DNA of 64,000 nt from Octopus sinensis (taxonomy: Eukaryota). The notes beneath the pieces are model-generated. The model saw only the letters and a program-made list of their open reading frames with translations. It was not told the DNA's origin and searched no databases. This document shows positions 38,075 to 51,790 of the stretch, one piece after another. How positions within the stretch are numbered: the first letter of the stretch is position 1; the number at the start of each line of letters is the position of its first letter. The stretch is taken from NCBI RefSeq assembly GCF_006345805.1, contig NC_042998.1, positions 157,604,001 through 157,668,000 of the forward strand, given 5' to 3'. The position numbers were made by a program, and so were the translations under genes.

Positions 38075-38239
38075 CGACGGGCTTCTTTCAGTTTCCGTCT
38101 ACCAAATCCACTCACAAGGCTTTGGTCGGCCCGAGGCTATAGTAGAAGACACCTGCCCAAGATGCCACGGAGTGGGACTGAACCTGGAACCATGTGGTTA
38201 GTAAGCAACCTACTTACCACACAGCCACTCCTGCGCCTA
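37826..38239 (-). mobile_element. SINE family A, full length
   Basis: Reverse complement of the 43071 copy. Confidence 0.92.
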
Positions 38240-38349
38240 TGTAGGATTTTCAACTTATTATGGAGGAAATTTTTGTTTTGCGTTGAACAGCGTTGGTCCA
38301 ATAAATGTACGTTTACACATTCGAGTAGTCAAGGAGAAAATAACGGAAA

Positions 38350-38470
<121 letters not shown>

Positions 38471-38474
38471 CAAT

Positions 38475-38635
38475 ACCCATATTTTTATCATGTGCTTTCA
38501 CTGCACTACCGAGCAATGCTCTGTGTGGTGTGGATATGTACTGTAGATTGTTGTGATGCTCTTTCAATAGTTACTGTATTGAAAGTGTTTTACGTAGGCT
38601 GTGTGCGGCACTTAATAGTGATATTTTCTCTATTA
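38475..38635 (-). mobile_element. Dong/R4-type LINE extreme 3' fragment
   Basis: EKISLLSAAHSLRKTLSIQ C-terminal motif between (TTA)n tracts. Confidence 0.6.
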
Positions 38636-38650
38636 TCATTATTATTATTA

Positions 38651-38728
<78 letters not shown>

Positions 38729-38806
38729 TATTATTATTATTATTAATATTATTATTATTATTGTTGTTGTTGTTGTTATTGTTATTATTATCATTATTAT
38801 TATTAT

Positions 38807-39316
38807 TGAGTGAGAGAGCAGTGCATGCCAACAAAGTGAAACTGGGTTAAAGTATACGATGCCCTGCATACCCATCATGACTACCCATCTGACATAGGTA
38901 CACCAGACATATGCATCCTCACCATATATGCCCGACATGGTCATCTTATATCAAGATAAACAGCGCATCACCTTGTAGGTGGGGCCCAGTTACAGTTTTC
39001 TTCAGGTCAAGTAGCCTATTCCACTCAAAAGTCCCTAAATTCCAGAGCGAGTTATTCAAACCCAAAGAATTCTTACAGCACATGCCATGATACTCCCCTA
39101 CTACTTCTGCTGGTAATCAGCGATGCATATATCATTCACCAACTCAGTGACATACTCAAGTGGTTATGGTCAAACAAGCAACAAGCAAATTTGTGGTATT
39201 GAGCAGAAATATGTAACCCGTCTGTTGTACCAAGAGAAATCAATGTACATGGTAGCATTTCCAATCAGTTAAAGTCACAAGTCATGAGAGCCAGTGCCTG
39301 GTACTGCATCAGGTCA

Positions 39317-39317
<1 letters not shown>
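38807..39317 (-). mobile_element. Family T, full length, diverged
   Basis: Begins cctgatgcagtaccaggc and ends ctctctcactca; (TAA)n on both sides. Confidence 0.8.
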
Positions 39318-39357
<40 letters not shown>

Positions 39358-39358
<1 letters not shown>

Positions 39359-39693
39359 GAGTGAGCGAGCAGAGCATGCCATCAAAGTGACACTGGGGTA
39401 AAATATACGAAGCCCAGTATAGCCATCATGACTACCCGTCTGATAAGGGTACACCAGGCACATGCATCACAACCATATGTGCGCGACATGGTGATCTCAT
39501 ATCAAGATAAACAGCACATGACCTTGCAGGTGGAGCCCAGTTAGAATTTTCTTCAGATCGAGTAACCCATCCCGCTCAAAAGATCCTTGAATAAGGGTTA
39601 TTTAAGGACGTTGAACGAAACACCCATGTTTCCAGAGGTGAATTATTCAAACCCCAAAGAATCCTTCTCAACACATGGCTATGATGCTCCCCC
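39358..39693 (-). mobile_element. Family T, 5'-truncated
   Basis: Homology to the 50696 copy; (TTA)n on both sides. Confidence 0.8.
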
Positions 39694-39695
39694 AA

Positions 39696-39739
<44 letters not shown>

Positions 39740-39780
39740 TTTCTTAGGAACACATCGGACGAATTTTCGGACGCTCCAAG

Positions 39781-40465
39781 TATTAGGTCGTCAAGTATGA
39801 AATTTGTAGTAAAGTAATATGTTAAGCGTTGACAGCTGCTCATTTTGCGGCATTATTATATTTTGACAATCTTTATTTTTTGTTAGAAATCTGACACATC
39901 TATTTCTTTATTCTAACACATTTTGCGCTTTATAAATTATTTATAAATCGTTTTTTGCTGCTTTTGTTTAGAGTTGGATAAGTCGGAAATTCGTACAGTT
40001 CATTCTTGGAAATACAGGATCACATGCAGCAGATTGATTTGCAAAATTTCGTTCTGGTAATTTTGACCTCACAAATGAGCAACGCGGTTGACCAGAAACA
40101 TAGGTGGATAATGACGAACTGAAAGCCATCGTCGAGTCAGATCCATCTCAAATTTCCCGTGAATTATCGTTGTTGTTTGGTGATAGCAAGCAAACAATAT
40201 TCTCTCATCTAGTTCAAATTGGTAAAATGAAAAAGATGGATAAGTGGGTTCCACATGAACTCAATGAAAGTCAGAAACAGCAACGTTTAGAAGCCTGCAT
40301 TATGCTACTTTCTCGTCACAAAAATAAATCTATTCTGAATCGAAATGTAACATGTGATGAGAAATGGATCAAATACACCAACCGTAAAGTTCAACACAAT
40401 GGTTGGAGAAAGACGAGCACAGTAGTTGGACAAAAGCACAGTTCAAAAGCAAATTTCATCAAAAG
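39781..40465 (+). mobile_element. Mariner transposon 5' relic
   Basis: KWVPHEL and VTCDEKWI motifs in ORF 40104-40484; tattaggtc TIR-like start. Confidence 0.85.
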
Positions 40466-41920
40466 AAGCTGGAAGACTTTCTAGGTACGTCTCGCCCAAT
40501 ACTCTTAGTAGGAGACTGGAACGGAATATTAGATCAACGTTGGGATTGGGTGGGAGTAGCTGATAGAAGAGGGGGCGCAAAGGCCTCAAGCACCTGATGA
40601 GACAGTCAGAACTGGCTGACAAGTACAGACGAGATTTCTCCAATACTCTAGTGTGTACCTGGACCAACCGCTTAGGGTCATCTAGATAGTATATAGACAG
40701 GATTTTCACTAGGAAAATAGATAGTAATAGTGTGGGATGTCCACTTTTTAAAACTGTCGCCTATTCAGACCTTAAGTTTGTAATATGTACAGTCGACCTA
40801 GATAAGACGCGTAGGCTAGGACCTGGGTACTGGAAGCTGAACATGTCGTTTCCGGCAGGTAAGGCTTACAGGGACCAAATCAGCAATTTAGTTAAGCAGA
40901 AGTTGACGGGGGTAGGGTCATCAACAACAGGTGGTGGGCGGCTCTCAAAAGAGAGATTAGAATAATGTCAATAGGATTTAGCAAAGAAAAAAATAGAAAA
41001 GAGGAGGGGTTATTAGCTAAGTTAGATGAGGTTACTTGTAGTGGCACTGCAACCGACATGTATGAGGTGCAGCGTGGTAACAAACCCGCAATTCTGTCTA
41101 TGACGGACCGAGAGAGACACGAGCTGAGCGATTCCAGGCAAATGTGTGAGGCCTTTCGCCAGCACTTTGCTCGGTTGTTCGGGGAGAGTGACGGGGCGGA
41201 GGTGGTGGCATCTCTCGACGTCCGACGCTGAGCGCTGTGAAAGGTAGATAACTTCAGCCGAAATTCAGGATCCCCTTGTCAGCACACTTCACCCGGTTTA
41301 GATGGTCTGCCCTATGAACTTTACGTAAATATGCCAGACTTGTTCTCCGATCTCCTCGAAGCGCGTTTTTGCAGCTGGCAGCAGTACGGGAGTATCCCCA
41401 GTTCTGTGAGGCAGGGCGTAGTAACGCTGATAAGGAAAGACGAAAACAAGAGGGACACATTAGAAAACTTCAGGCCCATAACATCACTTAACACAGAGTT
41501 TAATATTTTGAATAAGGTACTAGCAAAGAGGTTGGCGCTTGTCGAGGATTTGATTGGGGAGGAGGTGCAAACCTACATTCACCTCATGCGATTCATTATA
41601 GAAAGGGTAGGGTGTAAACCTGGATTCGATGAGGCGCTGATCAATTTAGATCAATCGAAAGCTTTCGATAGGGTCGACCATCAATATCTAGACAGCGTCC
41701 TGGAAGCGTCTGGCTTCGGCTTGAAAGGTAGGATCGCTGGAATGTACAGTTGCATCTGCTCGGTTGTCAAAATTAACGGCCACTTCTCGGAACCGTTTCA
41801 GATTTCCCGTTCGCTCCATCAAAGGTACCCTCTCTCCTCCTTTCTCTACGTATTAACTTTTGTGCCTTTACTTGCAGAAGCTGGAGCTGATGCAAAGCGT
41901 TTCGCTTCAATCCTAGTGGC
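40466..41920 (+). pseudogene. Decayed L1/Tx1-type LINE ORF2
   Basis: LVGDWN, YIDRIF, GPGYWKLN, SPGLDGLPYE, NFRPITSLN, LDQSKAFDRVDH. Confidence 0.85.
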
Positions 41921-41946
41921 TAATAAATGAAATAATTATTATTATG

Positions 41947-41988
<42 letters not shown>

Positions 41989-42035
41989 GCTTCTGCTGCT
42001 GCTGCTGCTGCTACTACTACTACTACTACTACTAC

Positions 42036-42083
<48 letters not shown>

Positions 42084-42085
42084 TA

Positions 42086-42122
<37 letters not shown>

Positions 42123-42139
42123 CATTATTATTATTATTG

Positions 42140-42895
42140 CCTTTGCACAGCTTCTAACTCTGGAGATGATCTACGGTGTCAGCTGTTCACTAACACCCCT
42201 TATTTTCGAGCATCTTTCGGATTATTCGAGCGGTTACAAGTAGTGGTTTTCTGCTAGTGCTTCACCCTTATTGCAGCCTATATTTCTTCCACGTACTTCT
42301 CAAGATTTTTATTCACTGTTCCCAGGTCTCCGACAATTATTGGTACTACTACACCTTTTTCATCGACTACAACATCTTAAACTCCCAAGCTAACCTGTCA
42401 TAACTATCGACTTTTCTTTCTTCCTTATCGCATACTTTGTTGTCTGCTGTGCATGCTATATCTATGATTCAGTATAGTTTCCTTTCTTTCTCAATTAAGA
42501 CTGTGTCTGGCTTCCTATTTTCTATCTCATGGTTGCACTGGATCATAAAATCCCACAAGAACTTTGCACTACCATTTTCGATGATGCCTTCGGGTCGCAC
42601 CAATTTTTTGCTCTGCCAAGTCCATACTTGTTGCAAAGTGTCCAATGGACAAGCTTTGCTATATTGTCGTGACGTCTCCTATATTCCTTCTGGGCTAGTG
42701 GTGTACATTGACTGGTAATATGCCATACAGTTTCACCATTTTGCCCACAAATTCTGCACTTATCACTTTCTACAAAAATCAGCATTGCTTTGAACTGCAA
42801 GAATTCTTTACAGGATTCTTGGAGCATGACCAGTGCACAAGTGTCACCATAGTCTTCTTGCTGTGGACAGCTGACCCTTTCCATCATACTCAGCA
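42140..42895 (-). mobile_element. Dong/R4-type LINE 3' fragment (third family)
   Basis: CRICGQNGETVWHITSQC..EYRRRHDNIA; inverted homolog at 43805-44180. Confidence 0.85.
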
Positions 42896-42905
42896 AAATA
42901 TAATA

Positions 42906-42947
<42 letters not shown>

Positions 42948-42949
<2 letters not shown>

Positions 42950-43068
42950 GAACGAACTATCGAGTTTAGTTTAATGGCCTACCAATGTATACTATGAGCT
43001 TCTTTGCCCTAGGAGTCGGGAAGACACTCGTCAAGAAACGGAAGCAAATTTGAAAGGAGAAAAAAAAA
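42948..43068 (+). mobile_element. 3' UTR end of the Dong family seen at 31790 and 49915
   Basis: tttgccctaggagtcgggaagacactcg..aagcaaatttgaaag matches those copies. Confidence 0.8.
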
Positions 43069-43070
43069 AT

Positions 43071-43482
43071 AGGCGCAGGAGTGGCTGTGTGGTAGGTAGC
43101 TTGCTAACCAACGACATGGTTCCGGGTTCAGTCCCACTGCGTGGCATCTTGGGCAGGTGTCTTCTGCTATAGCCCCGGGCCGACCAATGCCTTGTGAGTG
43201 GATTTGGTAGACGGAAACTGAAAGAAGCCTGTCGTATATATGTATATATATATATGTATGTGTGTGTTTGTGTGTCTGTGTTTGTCCCCCTCGCATTGCT
43301 TGACAACCGATGCTGGTGTGTTTACGTCCCCGTCACCTAGCGGTTCGGCAAAAGAGACCGATAGAATAAGTACTGGGCTTACAAAGAATAAGTCCCAGGG
43401 TCGATTTGCTCGACTAAAGGCGGTGCTCCAGCATGGCCGCAGTCAAATGAGTGAAACAAGTAAAATAGTAAAAAGAGAGAGA
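43071..43482 (+). mobile_element. SINE family A, full length, inserted at the tail of a Dong fragment
   Basis: A box tggctgtgtggt, B box ggttcagtccc, CR1-like tail. Confidence 0.92.
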
Positions 43483-43595
43483 GTAATAATAATAATAATT
43501 AATTATTTTATTAATAATTCTTTTATGATATAATAATAATAATAATAATAAATTAAGTGTCATCATTATCATTATTATCATTATTATTATTATTA

Positions 43596-43658
<63 letters not shown>

Positions 43659-43726
43659 CATCACCATTATTATTATTAGTATTATTATTAGTATTATTAT
43701 TATTATCATTATCATTATTATTATTA

Positions 43727-43757
<31 letters not shown>

Positions 43758-43759
43758 CA

Positions 43760-43804
<45 letters not shown>

Positions 43805-43805
<1 letters not shown>

Positions 43806-44394
43806 GACTTAATTGAGAAAGAAAGCAAACGATAATGGATCATAGCACAGCTGACAACAAAGTATGAGATAAGGAAGAAAGAAAAGTCGAGAGATATGAC
43901 AGGTTAGCTTGGGAGTTTAAGATGTTGTGGTCGATGTAAAAGATGGTAGTAGTACCAAGAATTGTCGGAGCCCTGGGAACAGTGATTAAAAATCTTGAGA
44001 AGCACATGCAATAAAAAAAGTCTTTAATTTGGGTGGAGCACTTACAAAAAACAGCACTGCTTGGATCCACTCGAATACTCCGGATGGTGGTCGAAAAATA
44101 AGACATTTTACCATAGTTCACTGGTAGGGAACAGCTGACACCATAGTACATCTCTAGCGTTAGAAGCTGGGCTAAGACAATAAGTGGTACCAGTGGTGAT
44201 CAATCCCATTGAAACTTCAAGAGTTATTAAAGCAACTTGAAATCTCATGCAAGATTGATGTCTTGCAAAAAGCAATCTTATTGGGCACTGCGCACATCTT
44301 AAGGAAAGTATTATCTGTCTGAGGTCCTTGTGACTTGACAGATGACTAAAGAGTCAAATACATTTTTACCTACACTGTGTTATGAAGGAATTAC

Positions 44395-44395
<1 letters not shown>
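43805..44395 (+). mobile_element. Two stacked Dong/R4-type 3' fragments
   Basis: VVPRIVGALGTV..LQKTALLGSTRILR (to about 44180), then LQKAILLGTAHILRKVLS; each followed by TAA repeats. Confidence 0.75.
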
Positions 44396-44444
<49 letters not shown>

Positions 44445-44528
44445 CAACAACAACAACAACAACAATAATAATAATAATAATTATTATTATTATTATTGGT
44501 AGTGGTAGTGGTAGTAGTTGTAGTAGTG

Positions 44529-44593
<65 letters not shown>

Positions 44594-45399
44594 TTCTGCT
44601 AGTTTTCAGTTGCATAAGTTCAGAAAAGAAACGTTTTCCCCAGAATGGAGATTTGTTTCTGTTATTTTGTTGTTGACAATCCTACGGAGAAGCAGTTTTG
44701 CTGCCTTTTAATAAAATTTTCTTTTGTCTTTCAAACGATTCACTCACCTGAGGGAATTGTCTGTTTTGAAACTTGTATCTTCAAAAATTCCTGCTTTTCT
44801 TGTAAAATAATAACACATGGATACTTTTTCAAAATGATAATGTTTGGTGAGAAGTGCATGAAAGAGAACAAATGAGAAAATATTGGAGACAAAGAAGAGA
44901 CAGTCAGAGCAAAGAAGACCTACAGTGTCTCTCTTGAAGTTAACAAAAACTCTGTAGTTGAGATTATTGTAACTATCACTATAACGTCTGCAAGTCCACA
45001 GGTAGCTGCGTTTACCACAATTTTCAAAAACAACAAGCACAAAAAATAATGAACCACCAGCAACAGAAATGTCTTTCACATTGCTATTTTTCTGGAAAAG
45101 ACCTCTGCCAGACTCAAGGGAGTAGCAAGGACAATATCAGCAATAACAAAGCCATTTAATTTTTTCTTTTTGGTGGGGGGAGGGGGATGACAATATATAA
45201 CTGCATCATCACCACCATCTCCTCGAACGAATATTACAAATGCCAACACCACTACCAACACTACTCCTATCACCATCGCTTCTTCATTGACAATTGGTTC
45301 CACAACCGGGAAACAGTAATCAAATATCGACAATAAAAGTTGTAGCAAGGATAACATTACATGAATTATGGAGACAAATAAACAATAGGGTTTCAAGAA

Positions 45400-46200
45400 C
45401 TATGACAAACAGATAAAGTTACCCAAAATACAGTGAAAATCTTGTCGGACGTGCCAAAGCAGGTTAAGCAGCAGGTTAGCGAAATCGAGAATATCCTATC
45501 GAATTATAAACAGAAAAACTTGAAGAGTAGCGAGGTCAGTGCACACACAGTTACAAAATACTTGAAAACGGTTTAGAAGTAAAATAATTTCTTTTATTAT
45601 TTTTGTCCGTGATAAAATTCGACACGGGAGACGCATGATTCGAAAGCCAAAGCGAGGGCCCACTACATCGCCCATTTGAATGTGAGGATTTCCTCTTGCT
45701 AGACGAAGGGTAGAATGATCGACATGTCTCCAAAAATATGCATTTTGTGGCTGATATTAGCTGCTATGTCTGACACAGATGATGGAACAGCCTTCCTAAA
45801 GATAAAAATAAAAAAGAATGAAAATCAAAGCCTCTTAATTCTCTCTTAATTCAAGAGAAAGGGTTAAGGCAGCAGTCATCCACGAACTCGTTGAGCAACA
45901 AAACGGTAAGGTTTTCTGTGGTAGTCAATGGAACATGGTTCAACTGCCACATATGCGGTACCACAAAGTAATTTCTTTCTCTCTGTGGTAATAATGAAGA
46001 GGGGAAAGAGAGAAAACCGTCTCTACTGCTGACGCTTCAGACAAAACAGGAACAACATACAACATAAGCAGCAACAACACCAACAACAGTATTACATCAC
46101 CTGTAACAATTGTAACATCATTACCAAGATACAAGAGAAAATGCCAGCACCACTACAGACAAATAAAGCCTTCTATTTCCAAGCTCACCAACACACAGAA
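45400..46200 (+). pseudogene. Possible decayed L1/Tx1 ORF1 (gag-like zinc knuckle)
   Basis: 45903 onward reads TVRFSVVVNGTWFNCHICGTTK*FLSLC, a CX2CX4HX4C spacing with the His codon replaced by a stop. Confidence 0.4.
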
Positions 46201-46222
46201 ACTCTCTAACACTCACTTATAT

Positions 46223-46258
46223 ACACACACACAGACATACAGACAGACATACACTCAC

Positions 46259-46350
<92 letters not shown>
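46223..46350. repeat. (CA)n microsatellite
   Basis: Direct reading. Confidence 0.95.
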
Positions 46351-46352
<2 letters not shown>

Positions 46353-48599
46353 TAACCCAGGTCTCACGAAGGCGGATACATTGTTTTGCGTGCAGAAGAA
46401 GATGAAAGCATCTCAAAAGCATCTTATTGAAGACAAGAAAGACAAAATTATAGCCACCTCAAGATGGGAGCCTGCTAATTTAACAGCGAAGCAGGAAATG
46501 CACTATCTAATCCATACAGCAGCTTTGCAAGTATCACCACCGCCAGAACATCATAACAAGCATACCAGCATCGTAAGAAAAAACCATAATTTGATGAGAA
46601 CTATAGAAGATAGAACGCAACAAAAGCGAACAGGGAAACAAATCCAACGACAACAATGCATCTGACAGCTAAGCACGAAAATAAACTTGAATGTCGTTCA
46701 AAACAGCAGCAGCGGTTTGAAAGAGGAAGTTGCAATTACCCATTTTTGCTAAACGTGCAGATTTTGACGAACTTTTGTATAACACACTATATGGCAGACA
46801 ACGTACAAAAAGACACACAGTTCAATATGCATTTGATCTAGAACCCCTACGAAAAAATCCAAACAAAACACTTAAGAAAGAAATTTTGTAGACCTCATCA
46901 ATAAATAGTAAGACCAGATTAACTAGATTTCTCGAAGATGAAGGCGACTAACCTCTAACTCTTTCACCGGCAGACATAACTGTACTAATGATAGGATGTA
47001 TAAAATACGTGTTCTGGGACTGTACTTGACACAGGGAAACTTGTTTAATGAGCTCAAATTTGACTTACCTGTTGGATCCATCACCAAGACAAGAATTCCC
47101 ATGACATGCACACATTTTTGTACGACTATGAGGTGTACTGATATTGTCAGGATCAGGCGATTAGTTGTTGTTGTTTGGAAAAAAAGTTTACATCACGGTG
47201 TATGGATAAACTTCCTGTAACTTGGAAGTGATCCTAGATGGGAAAGCAGCTAAAGCAATACATTCAAAATAGTAATAGTAACAGTTCAGAATATGCTCGT
47301 CCAGAACAAGAACAAGCTTTCTTGAGTATGTTATGCTTTTTACTACTAGCAGGGGACTGGAATTACATATTAGATACATGCAGAGTCGTATGGGATTAAC
47401 TCTAATGGAAGGAACATATAGCAACCTCACAAACTCGCTCAAACATTTCTAACAAGTACTAGGTGCCAAGTGTATTTCCTGGATGTGCTTGTATGTCGAA
47501 GGCATGATTCCTGGTAAGTAAAGTCTTCGGTGACTAGATTAATAAATTAGCAAATTAGTGAAGCAGCAGATATCGTAAGCAGTCGTCATCAATTGGCTTC
47601 GGGTGCTCTTAAATGGGTGGTTGAAGCAAAATCAATAGCCGTAAGTAAAAGAATTTTCTTTTTTGAAAAAAAAAAATAATGTACGTTTTGGAAATATTCA
47701 AATTTCACTACTGTTTATTGACTATGTACTGTAACAATAGATACAAATTCTAGAGCATGCATATTCTATCCTTACAGGCATTCTGTCAATGTCTTCATAA
47801 TGTTACCAGACAGGTTATTAAAATTCAGGCAATAAACAGATTTCATATCAGGTATATTGTTTTAAATTCAACAGTTCAAACGATATAATTTTCTAATTCT
47901 TCAACTCACTTCTACACATCAATAGTATGGCAATGTTGGTAATTATTACACTACTGTCGTGTTTGTCATGAAAATTGACATCAAGCTCATAATGTACCAT
48001 GGAGAGTAGTACGAAACGTGGATAAAGGTTTCCTTGAAGATGCTGAAATTTGGTAAATAGGAGTATATATCACAGCTTTGCTACATTATTATTTTCCGAG
48101 TACCTTTTATTGAAACTAATGTACAATATCCTTGATTAGTGTTGTATAGTTACATAACAGTACACAAATAATAAATGCATAAATACACAAAATAAACACT
48201 TTTTATGTATATCGTAATAATTGCAGATGAGAGGAGCATCCATAATTCTTACGTGGCATTCTGTTTGGTCTGGCGAAAGTTGTTACTTCGTTGCTGCAGT
48301 CAAGTACTCTTAATGTTTTTATTTCAAGAGAAAACTTTAAGAGTTAATGAAAATATTGGCATCCATTTATGTTTGTTCTGAATGATTGACGCACACACTG
48401 TCTGATACTGTTTAATCATGGATATCATTATGACTGCGGATTGGAAGAATATTTGGCGCTTTTTAATTACGGTTCTATACGTTCTGAGCTGAAATGCCGA
48501 AATTTGTATTTCAGCCTTCCAAGGTTGATAAAAGAAACTGATAGTAATATTCCCGGGATGGTTTAAGAGACTAACACTCTTCTTAAACTGTATGAACAA

Positions 48600-49510
48600 T
48601 GGTGGTTAGAAGAATCATTAGGACATCGGTCATAATATCTTGCAGCATTTTTTTGAGTTCTTTATGTTCAAATTCCACCGAAGTCAACTTTGATTTCACC
48701 CAAACGTTGATAAACTAAAGTACCAGACAAGCATACTAATTGTGTTAATCGAATATTACCCAACTCCAAAACACCCGTGTTAGAATTCTTAGCGGCATTT
48801 CCCCCGTCTTTACGTTCTGAGTTCAAATTGCGCCGAGTTCCAATTTGTGATTCATCATTTCGGGGTCGATAAAATACGTATCAGTTGAATGCTGGAGTCG
48901 ATGTAATTGACATAAATCCCTCCATCGAAATTGCTGACCTTTTGCCAAAATGTGAAACCAATATTATTATTAGAAAGGCGGTGAGCTGGCAGAATCATTA
49001 GCACGCTGGACTAAATACGTTCTGAATACAAATCTCAGAGATTTACCTTGCCTTTCATTTTTTTCGGGCCCATAAAATAAGTACTGCTTAAATCGACTTA
49101 AAACCTCGCCCGAAATTGCTGGCCTTGTGCCGAAATTTGAAACTAATCTAATTTTATGAGAAGGTCAAAATTTGATGGCTTAGTCAATCGTTAGCGCATT
49201 ATATGTTCCGGCTGTTTACGTTCTTAATTCCACCGAGCTTAACTCCCGTTTAGCTATTTTGCCGTAGATAACAAAATGTACCATTCTATTACATTGTGAT
49301 ATTTTTGGCAGATTTTAATATCCTGATATCAAATGCCATTGGGTCATATTCTCTTTCCACCCTTCTAAGGTGCACCAATGGAATTCAGGCTCTCTAATTT
49401 CACACCCACCTATGTCACTCTTACGGGGTCGATGAAATAAGTACCAGTTAGGTTGATATAATCGACTAGTCCCCATCCATCAAATATCTAGCCTTGTACA
49501 TTTGTTAGAA
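48600..49510 (+). mobile_element. Head-to-tail cluster of about five SINE family C copies and fragments
   Basis: Repeated gttcaaatt..ccga, ggggtcgataaaata.gtaccag and ccttgtgcc blocks. Confidence 0.75.
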
Positions 49511-49671
49511 ATAATTTCAATTTTCACGTCACTGAAAATGGATCTTAAGATGTTCTTATTGCAGTACTTATTTCGGCTGTCAATTATTTTCCATTCTTGA
49601 AAATATACCAGCCAAGCTTCAAAACATGATATTTCAATGAGAAGGCGAAAGGAGTTAGTCAAAATATTATA

Positions 49672-49910
49672 CTTGTACATTATTTACATTATTTACAATT
49701 TGTTTGTTGATGGCTTAGTCAATCGTTAGCGCATTATATGTTCCGGCTGTTTACGTTCTTAATTCCATCTTTACATCTTAATTCCAATTTACATCTTGTT
49801 TGTTGTTACCACAACGTTTCGGCTGATATACTCCCCAGCCTTCATCAGATGTCTTGGGGAAATTTCGAACCTGGGTTCTCATTCATAAGGTATTTTTCGA
49901 TGTTTTATTA
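49672..49910 (-). mobile_element. Family H (HHR-SINE) 3' half with well-preserved hammerhead core
   Basis: Minus strand gacat-CTGATGA(49848-49842)-a-GGCTG..CAGCC-GAAA-CGTT-gtggt. Confidence 0.8.
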
Positions 49911-49914
49911 TTAT

Positions 49915-50668
49915 TTTTTTTTTCTTCTTCTTTCAAATTTGCTTCCATTTCTTGCCGAGTGTCTTCCCGACTCCTAGGGCAAAGAAACTCATAGTATACA
50001 TTGGTAGGCCATTAAACCAAACTCAATAGTTCGTTCATTTTTTTTTTTTTTTTAAGTTAAATTAAAATACATGAGCAGCAACAGTTCTCACATCGACAAT
50101 GCTCTTCTCAATACATGTGATGTACCAGTTAAGACAATCTTTTGCACTTCTTGCAGGGATGGTAAGCCTGGGATCATTCTCATATAATTTTCGGTTCCCT
50201 TCTTGATCATTCCTAGTGCTCCTACGATCACTGGTATTGTAACCGCCTTGAGATGCCACATTTTCTCAATTTCAATGAGTAGGTCTTTATATTTTCTGAG
50301 CTTGTCAAACTCTTTCACTGTGATATTATGATCACAGGGGATGCTCATGTCGATCAATAAGCAAACTTTATTGTTTTGGTCTTTCACAACAATATCTGGT
50401 TTATTGGCCTTGTTGGTTCGGTCTGTATGTACTGGAAAGTCCCACAGAATGGTTACATTTTCTCCTTCAGTTACAGCCTCAGGGTGGTGATTATACCACT
50501 TGTCGGCAGTTTTGATATTGTAATGCCGACTTATTAGCCAGTGTAGATATTGGCCAACTCTGTCATGTCTTAATTTATACTCCACTGGAGCTAAGACTTT
50601 ACATCCAGAGATTAGGTGGTCCACTGTTTCAATCATGTCGTTGCAGAATCGGCATTTTGGGTCTGCTT
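49915..50668 (-). mobile_element. Dong/R4-type LINE 3' fragment, near-identical to 31790-32530
   Basis: ORF 50088-50636 nearly identical to the C-terminus of 31949-33361. Confidence 0.95.
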
Positions 50669-50695
50669 TATTATTATTATTATTATTATTATTAT

Positions 50696-51240
50696 TGAGT
50701 GAGAGAGCAGTTCATGCCATCAAAGTGACACTGGGGTAAAATATACGAAGCCCAATATACCCATCATGACTACCCGTCTGATAAAGGTACACCAGGCACA
50801 TGCATCACAACCATATGTGCGCGACATGGTGATCTCATATCAAGATAAACAGCACATGACCCTGCAGGTGGGGCCCAGTTAGAATTTCCTTCAGGTTGAG
50901 TAGCCCATCCCGCTCAAAAGGTCCCTGAATAAGGGTTGTTTAAGGACGGTGAACGAAACGCCCATGTTTCCAGAGGTGAATTATTCAAACCCCAAAGAAT
51001 CCTTCTCAACACATGGCTATGATGCTCCCCCACTACTTCTGCTCGTGATCAGAGATGCACATATCGTCAGCCACTAAGGGACATGCTCAACTGGTTAAGG
51101 TCAAACAACTGACAAGCAAATCTGTGGTATTGAGCAGAATATTTGCTGTAGCCCAAGACAAAACAACGTACATGATAACACTTCCAATCAGTTAAAATCA
51201 GAAGCCACGAGAGCCACTGCCTGGTACTGCATCAGGGCAT
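50696..51240 (-). mobile_element. Family T, full length (about 545 bp)
   Basis: 5' atgccctgatgcagtaccaggcagtggctctc, 3' ctctctcactca(ata)n. Confidence 0.85.
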
Positions 51241-51243
51241 GCA

Positions 51244-51287
<44 letters not shown>

Positions 51288-51289
51288 TA

Positions 51290-51349
<60 letters not shown>

Positions 51350-51350
<1 letters not shown>

Positions 51351-51790
51351 TTATGTTTGACTTTGGCTTTACATTTGTACAAGTTGACTCCAAGTATCAC
51401 CCAGAGACCTCAAGAGACAAGTTGGAAGTTCATGTTGGTCGTTATGCCTAGGGTGCCATATATTTGGCTTTGTACATAGTATTGCTCTAGAGAATGTTTA
51501 AGAAACCATAAGAAAATTATGTTTGTTTTAAAACTTGATATTACATAGAAAGTATTTTGCGTAGGATATGAGCAGTTCCCATGAGCACTATCTTTTGAAT
51601 TTCTGCCATTTTGGAGTTTCCTGGTATCTGAGCTAAGTAGGAATCAGCCCCTTTTAATATCATTCCCAGGGGACCTATGACAACAGGTATTGTTTTAGTC
51701 TTCAGGTTCCATATATTGCTAATTTCTATTTCAAGATCTTTATATTGGCTCAGTTTTTGGTAGGTCTTGACAGATACATTTATATCTGTT
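51350..51790 (-). mobile_element. Dong/R4-type LINE 3' fragment (family of 15182-16262)
   Basis: Reverse-complement homology to 15815-16250. Confidence 0.85.

Noticed and set aside
51170-51240. 5S rRNA-derived or HDV-ribozyme 5' head for family T
   Set aside because: Only short gapped word matches to 5S, and no P1/P3/P1.1 pseudoknot could be built.
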